Origin: an uncultured Dehalococcoidales bacterium
GTDB taxonomy: Bacteria > Chloroflexota > Dehalococcoidia > Dehalococcoidales > BS750m-G39
DNA: 64,000 nt
Direction of reading: 5' to 3'
Assembly (NCBI GenBank): GCA_964505425.1
Contig: CAZDHX010000003.1
Coordinates: forward strand, 28,004-92,003
A program made the position numbers and the translations under genes. Position 1 is the first letter of the stretch. Each line of letters begins with the position of its first letter. A model generated the notes under the pieces. The model saw only the letters and a program-made list of their open reading frames with translations, was not told the DNA's origin and did no database searches. This document shows positions 36,088-51,113 of this stretch, in pieces.

Positions 36088-36109
36088 GCTATATCAAATG
36101 CAATATAGC
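36088..36109 (+). promoter_or_regulatory. ModE-type operator 2, (C)GCTATAT-N8-ATATAGC, upstream of the ABC importer
   Basis: Half-sites at 36088-36094 and 36103-36109 are identical to operator 1. It lies 23 nt upstream of GTG 36132. Confidence 0.65.
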
Positions 36110-36131
36110 CATTAATCCAGAAAGGGGAAAA

Positions 36132-37142
36132 GTGAAAAAGTTACTGGTTATACTACTAGCCGGTCTGTTATTACTCACCACTATCACCGGCTGTCCCACC
36201 CCCAAGGAGGAGGAACCGGTGGGCATGGCGGTGGAGTTTATGGCCCATGCCGCCAGTGCCTATATCAGCCAGGACAAAGGGTGGTTTGAGGAGGAAGGAC
36301 TGGAGCTCACCGCCTACGAAAGCTATGCCACCGGCATGGCTCTGGCGGCGGCTTTAGCCAGGGATGACATCCAGGTCGCCTACATCTGCCTGATACCGGC
36401 GATAAACGTCTACGCCAACGCCGGCGTACCCATAAAAGTCGTCGCCGGGACGCATAAGTACGGCTACGGCTTAGTCGTTGACCCCAATAAGATAAAAACG
36501 GTCAACGACCTGGAAAAGCCCGGGATTCGCCTCGGCTGTGTCCAGGTAGGCGGCGCCGTTGACGTGCTGATGCACAAGGCAATAGATAAGTATAATCTTG
36601 ACGAAGAAAAGGTGTTGGCCAACGTCCAGCGGATGAACCCGCAAAAGCTGACGCTGGCGGTCAAGATGGGACAGCTGGATGCCGCCTTTATCCCCGAGCA
36701 CTGGGCGGCCATGACCGAGGAATTCGGCTTCAGCATGCTACTGACGAGTCAGGACATCTGGCCGGATATGCAGGGCAGCGTCCTGGTAGTCAAGCAGAGC
36801 CTGATTGATAACCACCCGGAGGTCGTCCGGAAGCTGGTAAAGGTGTCGCAAAGAGCGACCGACTGGTTAAATGAGCACCCCGATGAAGCCGCCGAGGTCG
36901 TGGCTCGACAACTGGGAGCGGTTGGTAGTAACCTATTCCCGGTAGAAATAGCCGACGTGGTTGCCAAGCTGGAAATCACCCCCGCAGTTATGCTACGCTC
37001 TATGGGCAGGATGGACTACACTACCAGTATTGACCCCCAAGAGATCCAGACGACCATAGACTACATCGCCGGGCTGGACTATATAGAAAATAGCTTTAAC
37101 GCTGAGGACATTCTGGATTTGAGCTTCCTTGAAGGTGAATGA
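36132..37142 (+). CDS. ABC transporter substrate-binding lipoprotein, NMT1/SsuA/TauA (NitT/TauT) family
   Basis: 336 aa. Lipobox LLTTITGC. DLEKPGIRLGCVQVGGAVDVL...GQLDAAFIPEHW has the SsuA-like pattern. It is not ModA-, TupA- or WtpA-like by eye. Confidence 0.75.
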   Translation: MKKLLVILLAGLLLLTTITGCPTPKEEEPVGMAVEFMAHAASAYISQDKGWFEEEGLELTAYESYATGMALAAALARDDIQVAYICLIPAINVYANAGVPIKVVAGTHKYGYGLVVDPNKIKTVNDLEKPGIRLGCVQVGGAVDVLMHKAIDKYNLDEEKVLANVQRMNPQKLTLAVKMGQLDAAFIPEHWAAMTEEFGFSMLLTSQDIWPDMQGSVLVVKQSLIDNHPEVVRKLVKVSQRATDWLNEHPDEAAEVVARQLGAVGSNLFPVEIADVVAKLEITPAVMLRSMGRMDYTTSIDPQEIQTTIDYIAGLDYIENSFNAEDILDLSFLEGE

Positions 37143-37897
37143 TGCTTAAGAAACTGAGACCGGGGTGGGGACTGCTGCCGATAGCCATATTCCTGGGTAT
37201 CTGGGAACTGGTGGCTAGGCTCAACCTCGCCCCGGGGCACTTCTTCTTCCCCCCATTTTCGGTGGTGGTCCTGGAATTCTATTACCTTACCGCCAACGGG
37301 GTGCTGGGGGACAACTTCCTCGCCAGCCTGACAAGGGTCCTCATTGGCTTCACCACTGGCTCTCTAGCCGGCATAGCGGTGGGCATATTAATGGGGTGGA
37401 GGGAGAATTTTAACAAGGCGCTGCACCCCATAATCAGCCTCTTTTACCCCATACCCGCCCTCGGCTGGCTGCCCCTGCTCATGCTGTGGATTGGCATAAA
37501 CGAAATGCTGCCCATCGCCATAATATTTATCTGCTCGTTTTTCCCCGTCCTCTACAACACGGTTACCGGCATCAGAAACGTGGACAAGGACTATATCCGG
37601 GTAGCCAGAACGCTGGGAGCATCCGATGCCAAGATTTTAGCCACCGTAGCCATCCCCCTCGCCCTGCCCAATATCTTTACCGGGCTGAGGCTGGAAGCGG
37701 GCATGGCGTGGCGGGTAATAATCGCCGCCGAGATGGTGGCTATTCCCACCGGCATTGGCGCCCTGCTCATGAAAGCTGAGAGCCTCATCCGCATCGACAT
37801 CATCGTTGTCTGTCTCATCGTACTAGCCGTGATGTGCCTCGCCTTTGAAAAATTCTTCCAGTATATGGAAGCCAGAATAACCACCAAGTGGGGATGA
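37139..37897 (+). CDS. ABC transporter permease (SsuC/TauC-type)
   Basis: 252 aa with six TM helices. EAA-loop region RVARTLGASDAKILATVAIPLALP. It shares an ATGA overlap with the binding-protein gene. Confidence 0.85.
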   Translation: MMLKKLRPGWGLLPIAIFLGIWELVARLNLAPGHFFFPPFSVVVLEFYYLTANGVLGDNFLASLTRVLIGFTTGSLAGIAVGILMGWRENFNKALHPIISLFYPIPALGWLPLLMLWIGINEMLPIAIIFICSFFPVLYNTVTGIRNVDKDYIRVARTLGASDAKILATVAIPLALPNIFTGLRLEAGMAWRVIIAAEMVAIPTGIGALLMKAESLIRIDIIVVCLIVLAVMCLAFEKFFQYMEARITTKWG

Positions 37898-37898
37898 T

Positions 37899-38960
37899 AT
37901 GCCTTCTATTGAGCTACAGAATATATGCCAGTATATCTGCCACAATGTGAACCTGAAGATAAGGGATAAGGAACTAATGGTCTTACTGGGACCGAACGGT
38001 GCCGGCAAGACGACGCTGGTCAATATCATCGCCGGACTGACTGACTACGAGGGTTCGGTGCTCTTTGACGGGGTGGCGGTGGATAAGTTGCCGGCTAGCA
38101 AGCGAGAGGCAGGCTACCTCTTTCAGGAGCTGCTCCTCTTCCCCCACCTCGATGTCGCCGCCAATATCGCCTACGGCTTAAGAGCCAAAAAACAACCTCG
38201 AGACCAGATAGAAGCCAGAATAAACCAGCTTCTCCAGATGATGAAGATAGAGCACCTGGCATCACGCTACCCAAAGCATCTTAGCGGGGGTGAAAAGCAG
38301 CGGGTGGCTCTCGCCCGAGCCCTCGCCCCCTCACCCAAGGTACTACTTCTTGATGAGCCCCTCGCCAGCCTGGATGTGCCCACCACCAAGTACCTGCGCA
38401 CCGAGCTAAGGCAGATCCAGCAAAGGCTGGGGATTACCACAGTATACGTCACCCACGACCTCCAGGAGGCTGAAGAAATGGCGGACAGGATAGCCGTCAT
38501 CCAGGACGGTTATCTGGAACAGGTAGGTAAGCCGGAAGAGGTATTCTTCTACCCCCGGAACGAAACGGTCTCTGATTTTATCGGGGCGCCAAATATCCTG
38601 GACTGCGACTACTGCCGCCGTCTGGGGAGAGGGGTTGTGGAGGTCGGCTGTGGTGGGCTGACGATAATCGTCCCTCACGTCGGGAAGACGGCAAAAAGGA
38701 TTGCCATCTTCCCCCATGATATCCATATATCTGAAACCAGGCCACCGGGACCGGCGGTGAACCGCTTTAAGGGGACTGTTACCAGCGTCAACCCCACCCA
38801 TGAGGCAGTTAGCATCGGGCTCAAGGCGGGAGCCAAAGAGCTAATCGCCCGGATGCCCCACCACATATTTGAAGATATGGACCTGGCGACGGGTAAAGAG
38901 GTCTTCGTAATCCTGAAGCTGAGAAGAATAAGGGTCTATGAAGACAAAGATAGGGACTAA
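37899..38960 (+). CDS. ABC transporter ATPase with a C-terminal TOBE/Mop-like domain (ModC/WtpC/CysA-type)
   Basis: 353 aa. GPNGAGKTT, LSGGEKQRVALARAL and LLLDEPL. The C-terminal ~110 aa (FKGTVTSVNPTHEAVSIGLKAG...GKEVFVILKLRRIRV) are TOBE-like. Confidence 0.85.
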   Translation: MPSIELQNICQYICHNVNLKIRDKELMVLLGPNGAGKTTLVNIIAGLTDYEGSVLFDGVAVDKLPASKREAGYLFQELLLFPHLDVAANIAYGLRAKKQPRDQIEARINQLLQMMKIEHLASRYPKHLSGGEKQRVALARALAPSPKVLLLDEPLASLDVPTTKYLRTELRQIQQRLGITTVYVTHDLQEAEEMADRIAVIQDGYLEQVGKPEEVFFYPRNETVSDFIGAPNILDCDYCRRLGRGVVEVGCGGLTIIVPHVGKTAKRIAIFPHDIHISETRPPGPAVNRFKGTVTSVNPTHEAVSIGLKAGAKELIARMPHHIFEDMDLATGKEVFVILKLRRIRVYEDKDRD

Positions 38961-39031
38961 GCCAGCGGTCAGATTCGAACTGACGACCGGCGGTTTACGA
39001 AACCGCTGCTCTACCCCTGAGCTACGCTGGC
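38960..39031 (-). tRNA. tRNA-Thr (anticodon CGU); CCA not encoded
   Basis: Manual fold: GCCAGCG-TA-GCTC-AGGGGTA-GAGC-A-GCGGT-TTCGTAA-ACCGC-CGGTC-GTCAG-TTCGAAT-CTGAC-CGCTGGC-T. Confidence 0.92.
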
Positions 39032-39039
39032 TCAAGATT

Positions 39040-39048
39040 AGTATAGCA
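39040..39048 (-). promoter_or_regulatory. Extended -10 (TGCTATACT) for tRNA-Thr, 8 nt upstream of the mature 5' end
   Basis: Plus-strand AGTATAGCA at 39040-39048, with 39032-39039 (8 nt) between it and tRNA nucleotide 1 at 39031. Confidence 0.5.
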
Positions 39049-39092
39049 CAAAATTAAAAAATTGACGCTCAGATAGGGTTATGCTAGGATAA

Positions 39093-40034
39093 ATGGCTAT
39101 GGAAGAAGAGCTAACCAGGCTATCACCAGGCAAGGATATGCTCCTCACCATCGGCGTTTTTGACGGCGTTCACCTCGGTCACAAACATCTGATTTCCCGG
39201 TTAAAGGAGCTTGCCCACCAGCAGGGACTAGCCAGCGGCGTGGTAACCTTTCGCCAGCACCCCGAGGAGGTGTTATCCCCCAAAAATAGGCTCCCCTTCC
39301 TGACCAGCGTTGCCCAAAGAATAAACCTGCTCAAGAATGAAGGCGTCGACGCTGTTATTCCCCTCTCCTTTACCACCGAGTTAGCCCAGCTCAGCGCCCG
39401 CTCATTCCTTGAGCGGCTGCAGAAACACCTCAGAATGCGGGGGGTGGTAATCGGACCCGACTTTGCCCTGGGACGAAACAGGGAGGGGAATACCGAGACC
39501 ATGCGCCGACTGGGGCAAGAAATGAGCTTCAGCGTAAGCGTAGTGCCCCCGCTAAAAATAGACGGCGAGGTGGTAAGCAGCACCGTTACCAGGAAGGCTC
39601 TAGCCAAGGGAGATATGAAACGGGTGCAGAAGCTAATCGGGCGCCCTTTCAGACTTCAGGGGCGTGTGGTCACCGGGGTGGGGCGCGGGGTAAAGCTCGG
39701 CTTCCCCACCGCCAACCTGGAGATAGAAGCGGAACAAGCCCTCCCCCCCGACGGCGTCTATATCAGCCTGGCTCATATTGATGACCAGAGCTATTTTTCA
39801 CTGACCAACATCGGCAAGCGTCCTACCTTCGGTAACAACCAACGCCTGGTAGAGGTCTATCTTCTTGACTATGATGGCGACCTCTACGGACAGGAGCTAG
39901 AAATTGACCTACTGGAGTGGCTCCGCAGCGAGAAGAAATTCAAAACTGCCGAAGAACTGAAGAAACAGATAGCCCAGGATGTAGAGCGAGGTAGAAAGTG
40001 GCTAAGTTCACCGACGACATCAATTACCTGCTAA
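39093..40034 (+). CDS. ribF: Bifunctional riboflavin kinase / FAD synthetase
   Basis: 313 aa. IGVFDGVHLGHKHLI, then the C-terminal kinase domain (GRVVTGVGRGVKLGFPTANL, EVYLLDYDGDLYG). Confidence 0.92.
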   Translation: MAMEEELTRLSPGKDMLLTIGVFDGVHLGHKHLISRLKELAHQQGLASGVVTFRQHPEEVLSPKNRLPFLTSVAQRINLLKNEGVDAVIPLSFTTELAQLSARSFLERLQKHLRMRGVVIGPDFALGRNREGNTETMRRLGQEMSFSVSVVPPLKIDGEVVSSTVTRKALAKGDMKRVQKLIGRPFRLQGRVVTGVGRGVKLGFPTANLEIEAEQALPPDGVYISLAHIDDQSYFSLTNIGKRPTFGNNQRLVEVYLLDYDGDLYGQELEIDLLEWLRSEKKFKTAEELKKQIAQDVERGRKWLSSPTTSITC

Positions 40035-41179
40035 AGCGCGGGGTGGCGGAAATCATCGTTGAGGAGGAGATGCGGCGGCTGCTGCGCTCGGGGAAAAAGC
40101 TGCGGCTGAAGGAGGGCTTTGACCCCAGCTTCCCCGATATCCACCTCGGTCACATGGTAGCCCTGCGCAAACTGCGCCAGTTTCAGGAATTAGGGCACCA
40201 GATTGTTCTCATCGTCGCCGACTGGACGGCGCAGATTGGCGACCCCAGCGGCATGTCCGCTACCCGACCCATGCTCTCCATAGAGCAGGTCAAGGCTAAC
40301 GCCGAGACCTATATGCAGCAGTTCTTCACCATAGTTGATAGGAAAAAGACCGAAATCAGGTGGCAGAGCGAGTGGTTCGGCAAATTTACCCTCACCGATA
40401 TTATCCAGCTCACCAGCAAGTTTACCGTCGCCCAGTTTCTGGCCAGGGACGACTTCAGCAAGAGATACAAGGAGGAGCGCCCCATCGCCCTCACCGAGCT
40501 ACTCTACCCCCTCCTTCAAGCCTATGATTCAGTCGCCATTCAGGCTGATGTTGAGTTTGGCGGCACCGACCAGAAGTTTAACTTTTTGGTGGGGAGGGAG
40601 CTTCAATCTATGGTGGGACAGCCCCCGCAGCAATGCTTCATGGTCCCCCTGCTGGTCGGCACCGACGGCAGCCAGAAGATGAGCAAAAGCCTAAATAATT
40701 ATATCGGCGTCGCTGAGCCGCCCGAGGAGATTTTTGGCAAGGCGATGTCCATCCCCGACAGCCTCATCCTGAACTACCTTGAGCTCTTGACCGACGTCTC
40801 AGATAAAGAACTCGGCGAATTCAAGAAGGAGCTTGAGAATAAAGACTTTAACCCCATGACATTAAAAAAGCGTTTAGCCGGAGAGATTATAGCCCAGCTC
40901 TATAACCAGGAGGCAGCCGCCGAAGCCGAGGCGCATTTTGAAAAAACGGTGCAGAGAAAAGAGGCGCCGGAAGAGATAAAGCTGGGTACCAAGTCAGGCA
41001 AGAGCCTTCAGGATTATCTCGTGGAAAACCAGCTGGCTAAAAGTCGGAGTGAAGCCAAGCGCCTCATTGCTCAAGGTGCCGTAGATGTTAATGGCGAAAA
41101 GGTTACCGATGCCCATCAGACTGTCTCCAAGGACAGTATTATAAAAGTAGGTAAGCGAGGCTATATAAAGTCCACCTAG
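39998..41179 (+). CDS. tyrS: Tyrosine--tRNA ligase with a C-terminal S4 domain
   Basis: 393 aa. HLGH, KMSKS and an S4-like tail (AKSRSEAKRLIAQGAVDVNGEKV). The GTG start overlaps ribF by 37 nt. Confidence 0.9.
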   Translation: MAKFTDDINYLLKRGVAEIIVEEEMRRLLRSGKKLRLKEGFDPSFPDIHLGHMVALRKLRQFQELGHQIVLIVADWTAQIGDPSGMSATRPMLSIEQVKANAETYMQQFFTIVDRKKTEIRWQSEWFGKFTLTDIIQLTSKFTVAQFLARDDFSKRYKEERPIALTELLYPLLQAYDSVAIQADVEFGGTDQKFNFLVGRELQSMVGQPPQQCFMVPLLVGTDGSQKMSKSLNNYIGVAEPPEEIFGKAMSIPDSLILNYLELLTDVSDKELGEFKKELENKDFNPMTLKKRLAGEIIAQLYNQEAAAEAEAHFEKTVQRKEAPEEIKLGTKSGKSLQDYLVENQLAKSRSEAKRLIAQGAVDVNGEKVTDAHQTVSKDSIIKVGKRGYIKST

Positions 41180-42477
41180 AACCGGTACAAGACCAGCCCC
41201 GCCGGCACCTTGGGGTAAAAGTAGGTTGATTTTCTCGGCATCCTGTCGCCGGCATCGGCGATGGCTTTAATTACCTGCGGCTTAACCGGGCTTAAGAGAA
41301 AGGCAAGCTGGTATTCCCCCTCAACCACTCTGTTGACCGCATCCTCTCTGCCGTAAGTATAGCCAAGGCCTGCCTCCTCCCCACCATCGCCCACCCCCAA
41401 AAGCTTCTCCAGTATGACATGGTCAAGCACGCTGACGTTTAATTTCTTGTACCGCTCAGAATGAAAGTAGGGCATCAACTCGCTGGCAGCCGCCGGGTCA
41501 CGCAGCCTCAAGAGGAGAAGGCTGTCTCCAGCAGCGCCAAAAACAACCAGCCTGACCTCATCTTTCTCCCCACCCAGCAAATCGTCAACTCGCTGCCAAG
41601 CGCCAGGCATTTTAAGTGGCAGCTCCTCCATCTCAAAGAACGACTTTAAGCCGCCCGGTAGCTGGCTCAGGGTTGCCCGTGACAGCCCCCTCACCAGCCG
41701 GTGCGGGGGTAGAATTAAAAGCCCGGGGTCAGAAAAATCAACCAGCGTCATCATGACAAAATTAAACGCTTCATCCTCCGAGGGCGAAGAGCAGGCGCGC
41801 CTCTCCCGCCGGTAGGTAAGGGCGCTCTCATAACGATGGTGCCCGTCAGCAATATAGAGGGGCTGGGGAGCAAAATAGCTGGATAGCTTTTCAATAACCC
41901 TGGGCTCGGTGACAGCCCAGACTTCATGCCTTTCTCCATTACCGAAGCTGATTATCGGCTGGCCTGGCTCCTGTGCCGCCAGCAACGAAGAAAATTGCCC
42001 TCCCCCATCATCAAAAAGAGCTAGAATCGGGCTGGTATCAGCCTGAAGCGACCACAGCAGGCTCAGGCGGTCAGACTTGTGCCCGACCAGGGTGCCCTCG
42101 TGAGGGCGGACTATCATACTATCCCACTCCTCCAGCCTGACGGCGGCGACTATGCCGCGGCGTTTATACTCCCTCCCCCCATAGTTGAAATAATGGTCGT
42201 GGAGATAGATAGCCGGTGTTTCGTCAGCGGCAAGCACACCCTGCTCCAGCCACTGCTCCAGGGTAGCCGCAGAACGAGTATATCTATTATCAGTGGGAGT
42301 ATCCTGAGGTGACTCTCGCCCGAATTCAAGCCGGACGAAGTTATAGGCGCTCCGGTGATAGAGCTCCTGCTGCAACTGGGGGGTGATAATATCATAGGGG
42401 GGGCAGATAATATCGGCCAGGTCTTTAACCAGCTCCTGATTATAACGCACCCCGGGGAAAGGACGAATCTCAGCCAC
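41176..42477 (-). CDS. DUF1015 family protein (conserved, function unknown)
   Basis: 433 aa. IRPFPGVRYN...ICPPYDIIT...YIADGHHRYESAL is the pattern I recall for DUF1015/COG4198. Confidence 0.75.
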   Translation of the reverse strand: MAEIRPFPGVRYNQELVKDLADIICPPYDIITPQLQQELYHRSAYNFVRLEFGRESPQDTPTDNRYTRSAATLEQWLEQGVLAADETPAIYLHDHYFNYGGREYKRRGIVAAVRLEEWDSMIVRPHEGTLVGHKSDRLSLLWSLQADTSPILALFDDGGGQFSSLLAAQEPGQPIISFGNGERHEVWAVTEPRVIEKLSSYFAPQPLYIADGHHRYESALTYRRERRACSSPSEDEAFNFVMMTLVDFSDPGLLILPPHRLVRGLSRATLSQLPGGLKSFFEMEELPLKMPGAWQRVDDLLGGEKDEVRLVVFGAAGDSLLLLRLRDPAAASELMPYFHSERYKKLNVSVLDHVILEKLLGVGDGGEEAGLGYTYGREDAVNRVVEGEYQLAFLLSPVKPQVIKAIADAGDRMPRKSTYFYPKVPAGLVLYRF

Positions 42478-42489
42478 GCTTACTCTCCT

Positions 42490-43125
42490 TTACCAGGCAA
42501 CCAGAATGTCCACTATAGTATCATCGTAAGAAGGTGCCGCATAATAATAACCGGCTCTAGGCTCTATGCACTGGTAATACCGCTTACCAACAACCGGTCT
42601 CACCCTCTCATCAGTTATTGCCTCAAAATAGACCAGCCCCATATCAACCGTGTCGAAGGCAACTATGGCATGCCCCCCGTCCCGAAAGCCCAGCCCGACA
42701 TAAGCACACCGCCAACCCTTTTCCTCGGCATTATTACACACCGTGGTGGCAAAGTGCCGACACTCGTAAACACCCTCAACATATATATTCTCATCTGTCT
42801 TGTCCTGCGCCATAAACGAAACCGCCTGGGCATAAGTAGGGTCGGTGAAGACGTAACCATGACCTACGCCGGCTTTCACACCTTCGTCATAACCATCAGC
42901 CCTGCCCAAATCATAACCCTCGGTGTAGCCATCCTCCTTACCAACGGCGTAGCCCTCATCGTAACCATCCTGCTCGCCTGAACTGTAGCCAGCACTTTGA
43001 CCGGCAGGATAGCCCTTAGCATATCCGTCGGCTTCGCCCATGCCATAGGCAATGCTATAAGTAATAAAGCCCACCAGGCATACCACCACCAAAATAATTA
43101 TCGTTATAAAAAATTGTCTTAGCAT
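42490..43125 (-). CDS. Membrane-anchored protein with (D/E)GY repeats and a Cys-His-Asp papain/transglutaminase-like C-terminal domain
   Basis: 211 aa. N-terminal TM helix, then ~10 GY repeats (ADGYAKGY...EQDGYDEGY...EDGYTEGY...ADGYDEG), then GVYECRHFA...GGHAIVAFDTVD. Confidence 0.5.
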   Translation of the reverse strand: MLRQFFITIIILVVVCLVGFITYSIAYGMGEADGYAKGYPAGQSAGYSSGEQDGYDEGYAVGKEDGYTEGYDLGRADGYDEGVKAGVGHGYVFTDPTYAQAVSFMAQDKTDENIYVEGVYECRHFATTVCNNAEEKGWRCAYVGLGFRDGGHAIVAFDTVDMGLVYFEAITDERVRPVVGKRYYQCIEPRAGYYYAAPSYDDTIVDILVAW

Positions 43126-43201
43126 TTCACGCCACCCCCCTGTTCAAGTGGATATTATACCAATTTATATTTCTCACTGCTACAAACTGTGCTATACTTA
43201 A

Positions 43202-45289
<2,088 letters not shown>

Positions 45290-45291
45290 TT

Positions 45292-45864
45292 ATGAAGTTA
45301 ATTGTCGGCTTAGGTAATCCGGGGCGGGCTTACACTAATAATCGCCATAACATCGGCTTCATCTGCCTTAACCATTTTGCCCGAAGCCAGGGCATAAGAT
45401 TTGACCAAAAAAAGAGTCGCGCCCGAATTGGTAAGGGCAGGGTCGCTGGAAAGGAAGTGGTGTTAGCCAAGCCCCAGACCTATATGAATTCCAGCGGGGA
45501 ATCGGTCAGCCGGCTGGTCGAAAGGTTCAATATAAATCTTGACGACCTTATTATCATCCATGACGACCTTGACCTGCCGCTGGCTAAAATCCGCCTGAGT
45601 CATGGCTCAAGCTCCGGCGGGCACAAGGGCATTGACTCTATCATTAAAGAACTGGGAAGCCGTGAATTTATTCGCCTCCGGATAGGCATTGGACGACCGG
45701 CTGAAGCTAGCGAGGATGAAATTATTGCCTACGTCCTCAGCGATTTTACCGCCGAGCAGAAAAAAGCCATCGCCCCGGTTATACCCAGGGTCACTGAAGC
45801 CCTCCTCTGCCTCCTCACCGAGGGTCTGGAGGCAGCCATGAATAAGTTTAACCGGGATTCTTAA
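45292..45864 (+). CDS. pth: Peptidyl-tRNA hydrolase (bacterial type)
   Basis: 190 aa. LIVGLGNPG..Y..NRHNIGF and HDDLDLP. Confidence 0.92.
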   Translation: MKLIVGLGNPGRAYTNNRHNIGFICLNHFARSQGIRFDQKKSRARIGKGRVAGKEVVLAKPQTYMNSSGESVSRLVERFNINLDDLIIIHDDLDLPLAKIRLSHGSSSGGHKGIDSIIKELGSREFIRLRIGIGRPAEASEDEIIAYVLSDFTAEQKKAIAPVIPRVTEALLCLLTEGLEAAMNKFNRDS

Positions 45865-45919
45865 CCTCGCCACCTTAATCCCCACTAACACTATAGAAGC
45901 ACATAAAAAGGAGGGGAAA

Positions 45920-46366
45920 ATGGATAGCAACGAAAAGGTTCAAATCTTGCAGATGGCTTACGCTGGCGCTTTAGCGGATGCCCTCTTACAGTTCAGTAAA
46001 GAGGGCGTCCTGGAGAATGTAACCAATCGCAAGCGGCAAGAACAAATGAATACCAGTAAGCTGCGGGCTGCCCAATTCGCTATCACTAAGCCGGAGGAAG
46101 TATTCCTCAAGCTATCCGAGATTTTTGGCTGTGCCAGCTGGGAAATTATTAGAAACACGCATGGCGGTTTTACTGCTCAGGCCAGAAGCTGCAAGCTGTG
46201 TGCTATCGCTAAGAAGATTGGCGCGCCAAGCCCATGCTATCTATACTGTCTTGACCCAATGGAAGGACTCATCAAGGCGGTAAAGAATGATGCGGTTTAC
46301 ACAGTGGAAGAGACTCTGTGGGAAGGGTCCAAGTGCAGCGTAAAAGTGGGCGGGTGGGAAGAATAA
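45920..46366 (+). CDS. Cys-rich hypothetical protein (possibly L-2-amino-thiazoline-4-carboxylate hydrolase-like family)
   Basis: 148 aa. The C-terminal pattern CKLCAIAKKIGAPSPCYLYCLDP...EGSKC resembles the ATC-hydrolase family by recollection only. Confidence 0.35.
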   Translation: MDSNEKVQILQMAYAGALADALLQFSKEGVLENVTNRKRQEQMNTSKLRAAQFAITKPEEVFLKLSEIFGCASWEIIRNTHGGFTAQARSCKLCAIAKKIGAPSPCYLYCLDPMEGLIKAVKNDAVYTVEETLWEGSKCSVKVGGWEE

Positions 46367-46373
46367 ATCCCTC

Positions 46374-46402
46374 TTTGCCTACCCCAGACTCAGGTGATAT
46401 AA
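46374..46402 (+). promoter_or_regulatory. Promoter (TTGCCT-N17-TATAAT with TG extension) for the TIGR00725-eno-...-gap operon
   Basis: TTGCCT at 46374-46379 and TGATATAAT ending at 46402. ATG 46416 follows with a predicted leader of ~7 nt. Confidence 0.55.
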
Positions 46403-46415
46403 TTCCCATACACCT

Positions 46416-51050
<4,635 letters not shown>

Positions 51051-51113
51051 GTTGACATTGCCAGCCAACTATGCTAAAAATAACAGTAATATGGTCAAAT
51101 ACGAGGTGGATAA

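Noticed and set aside
38841-39035. A 64-aa minus-strand ORF overlapping tRNA-Thr.
   Set aside because: It is the translation of a tRNA gene plus the antisense of the ABC ATPase 3' end, so it is spurious.
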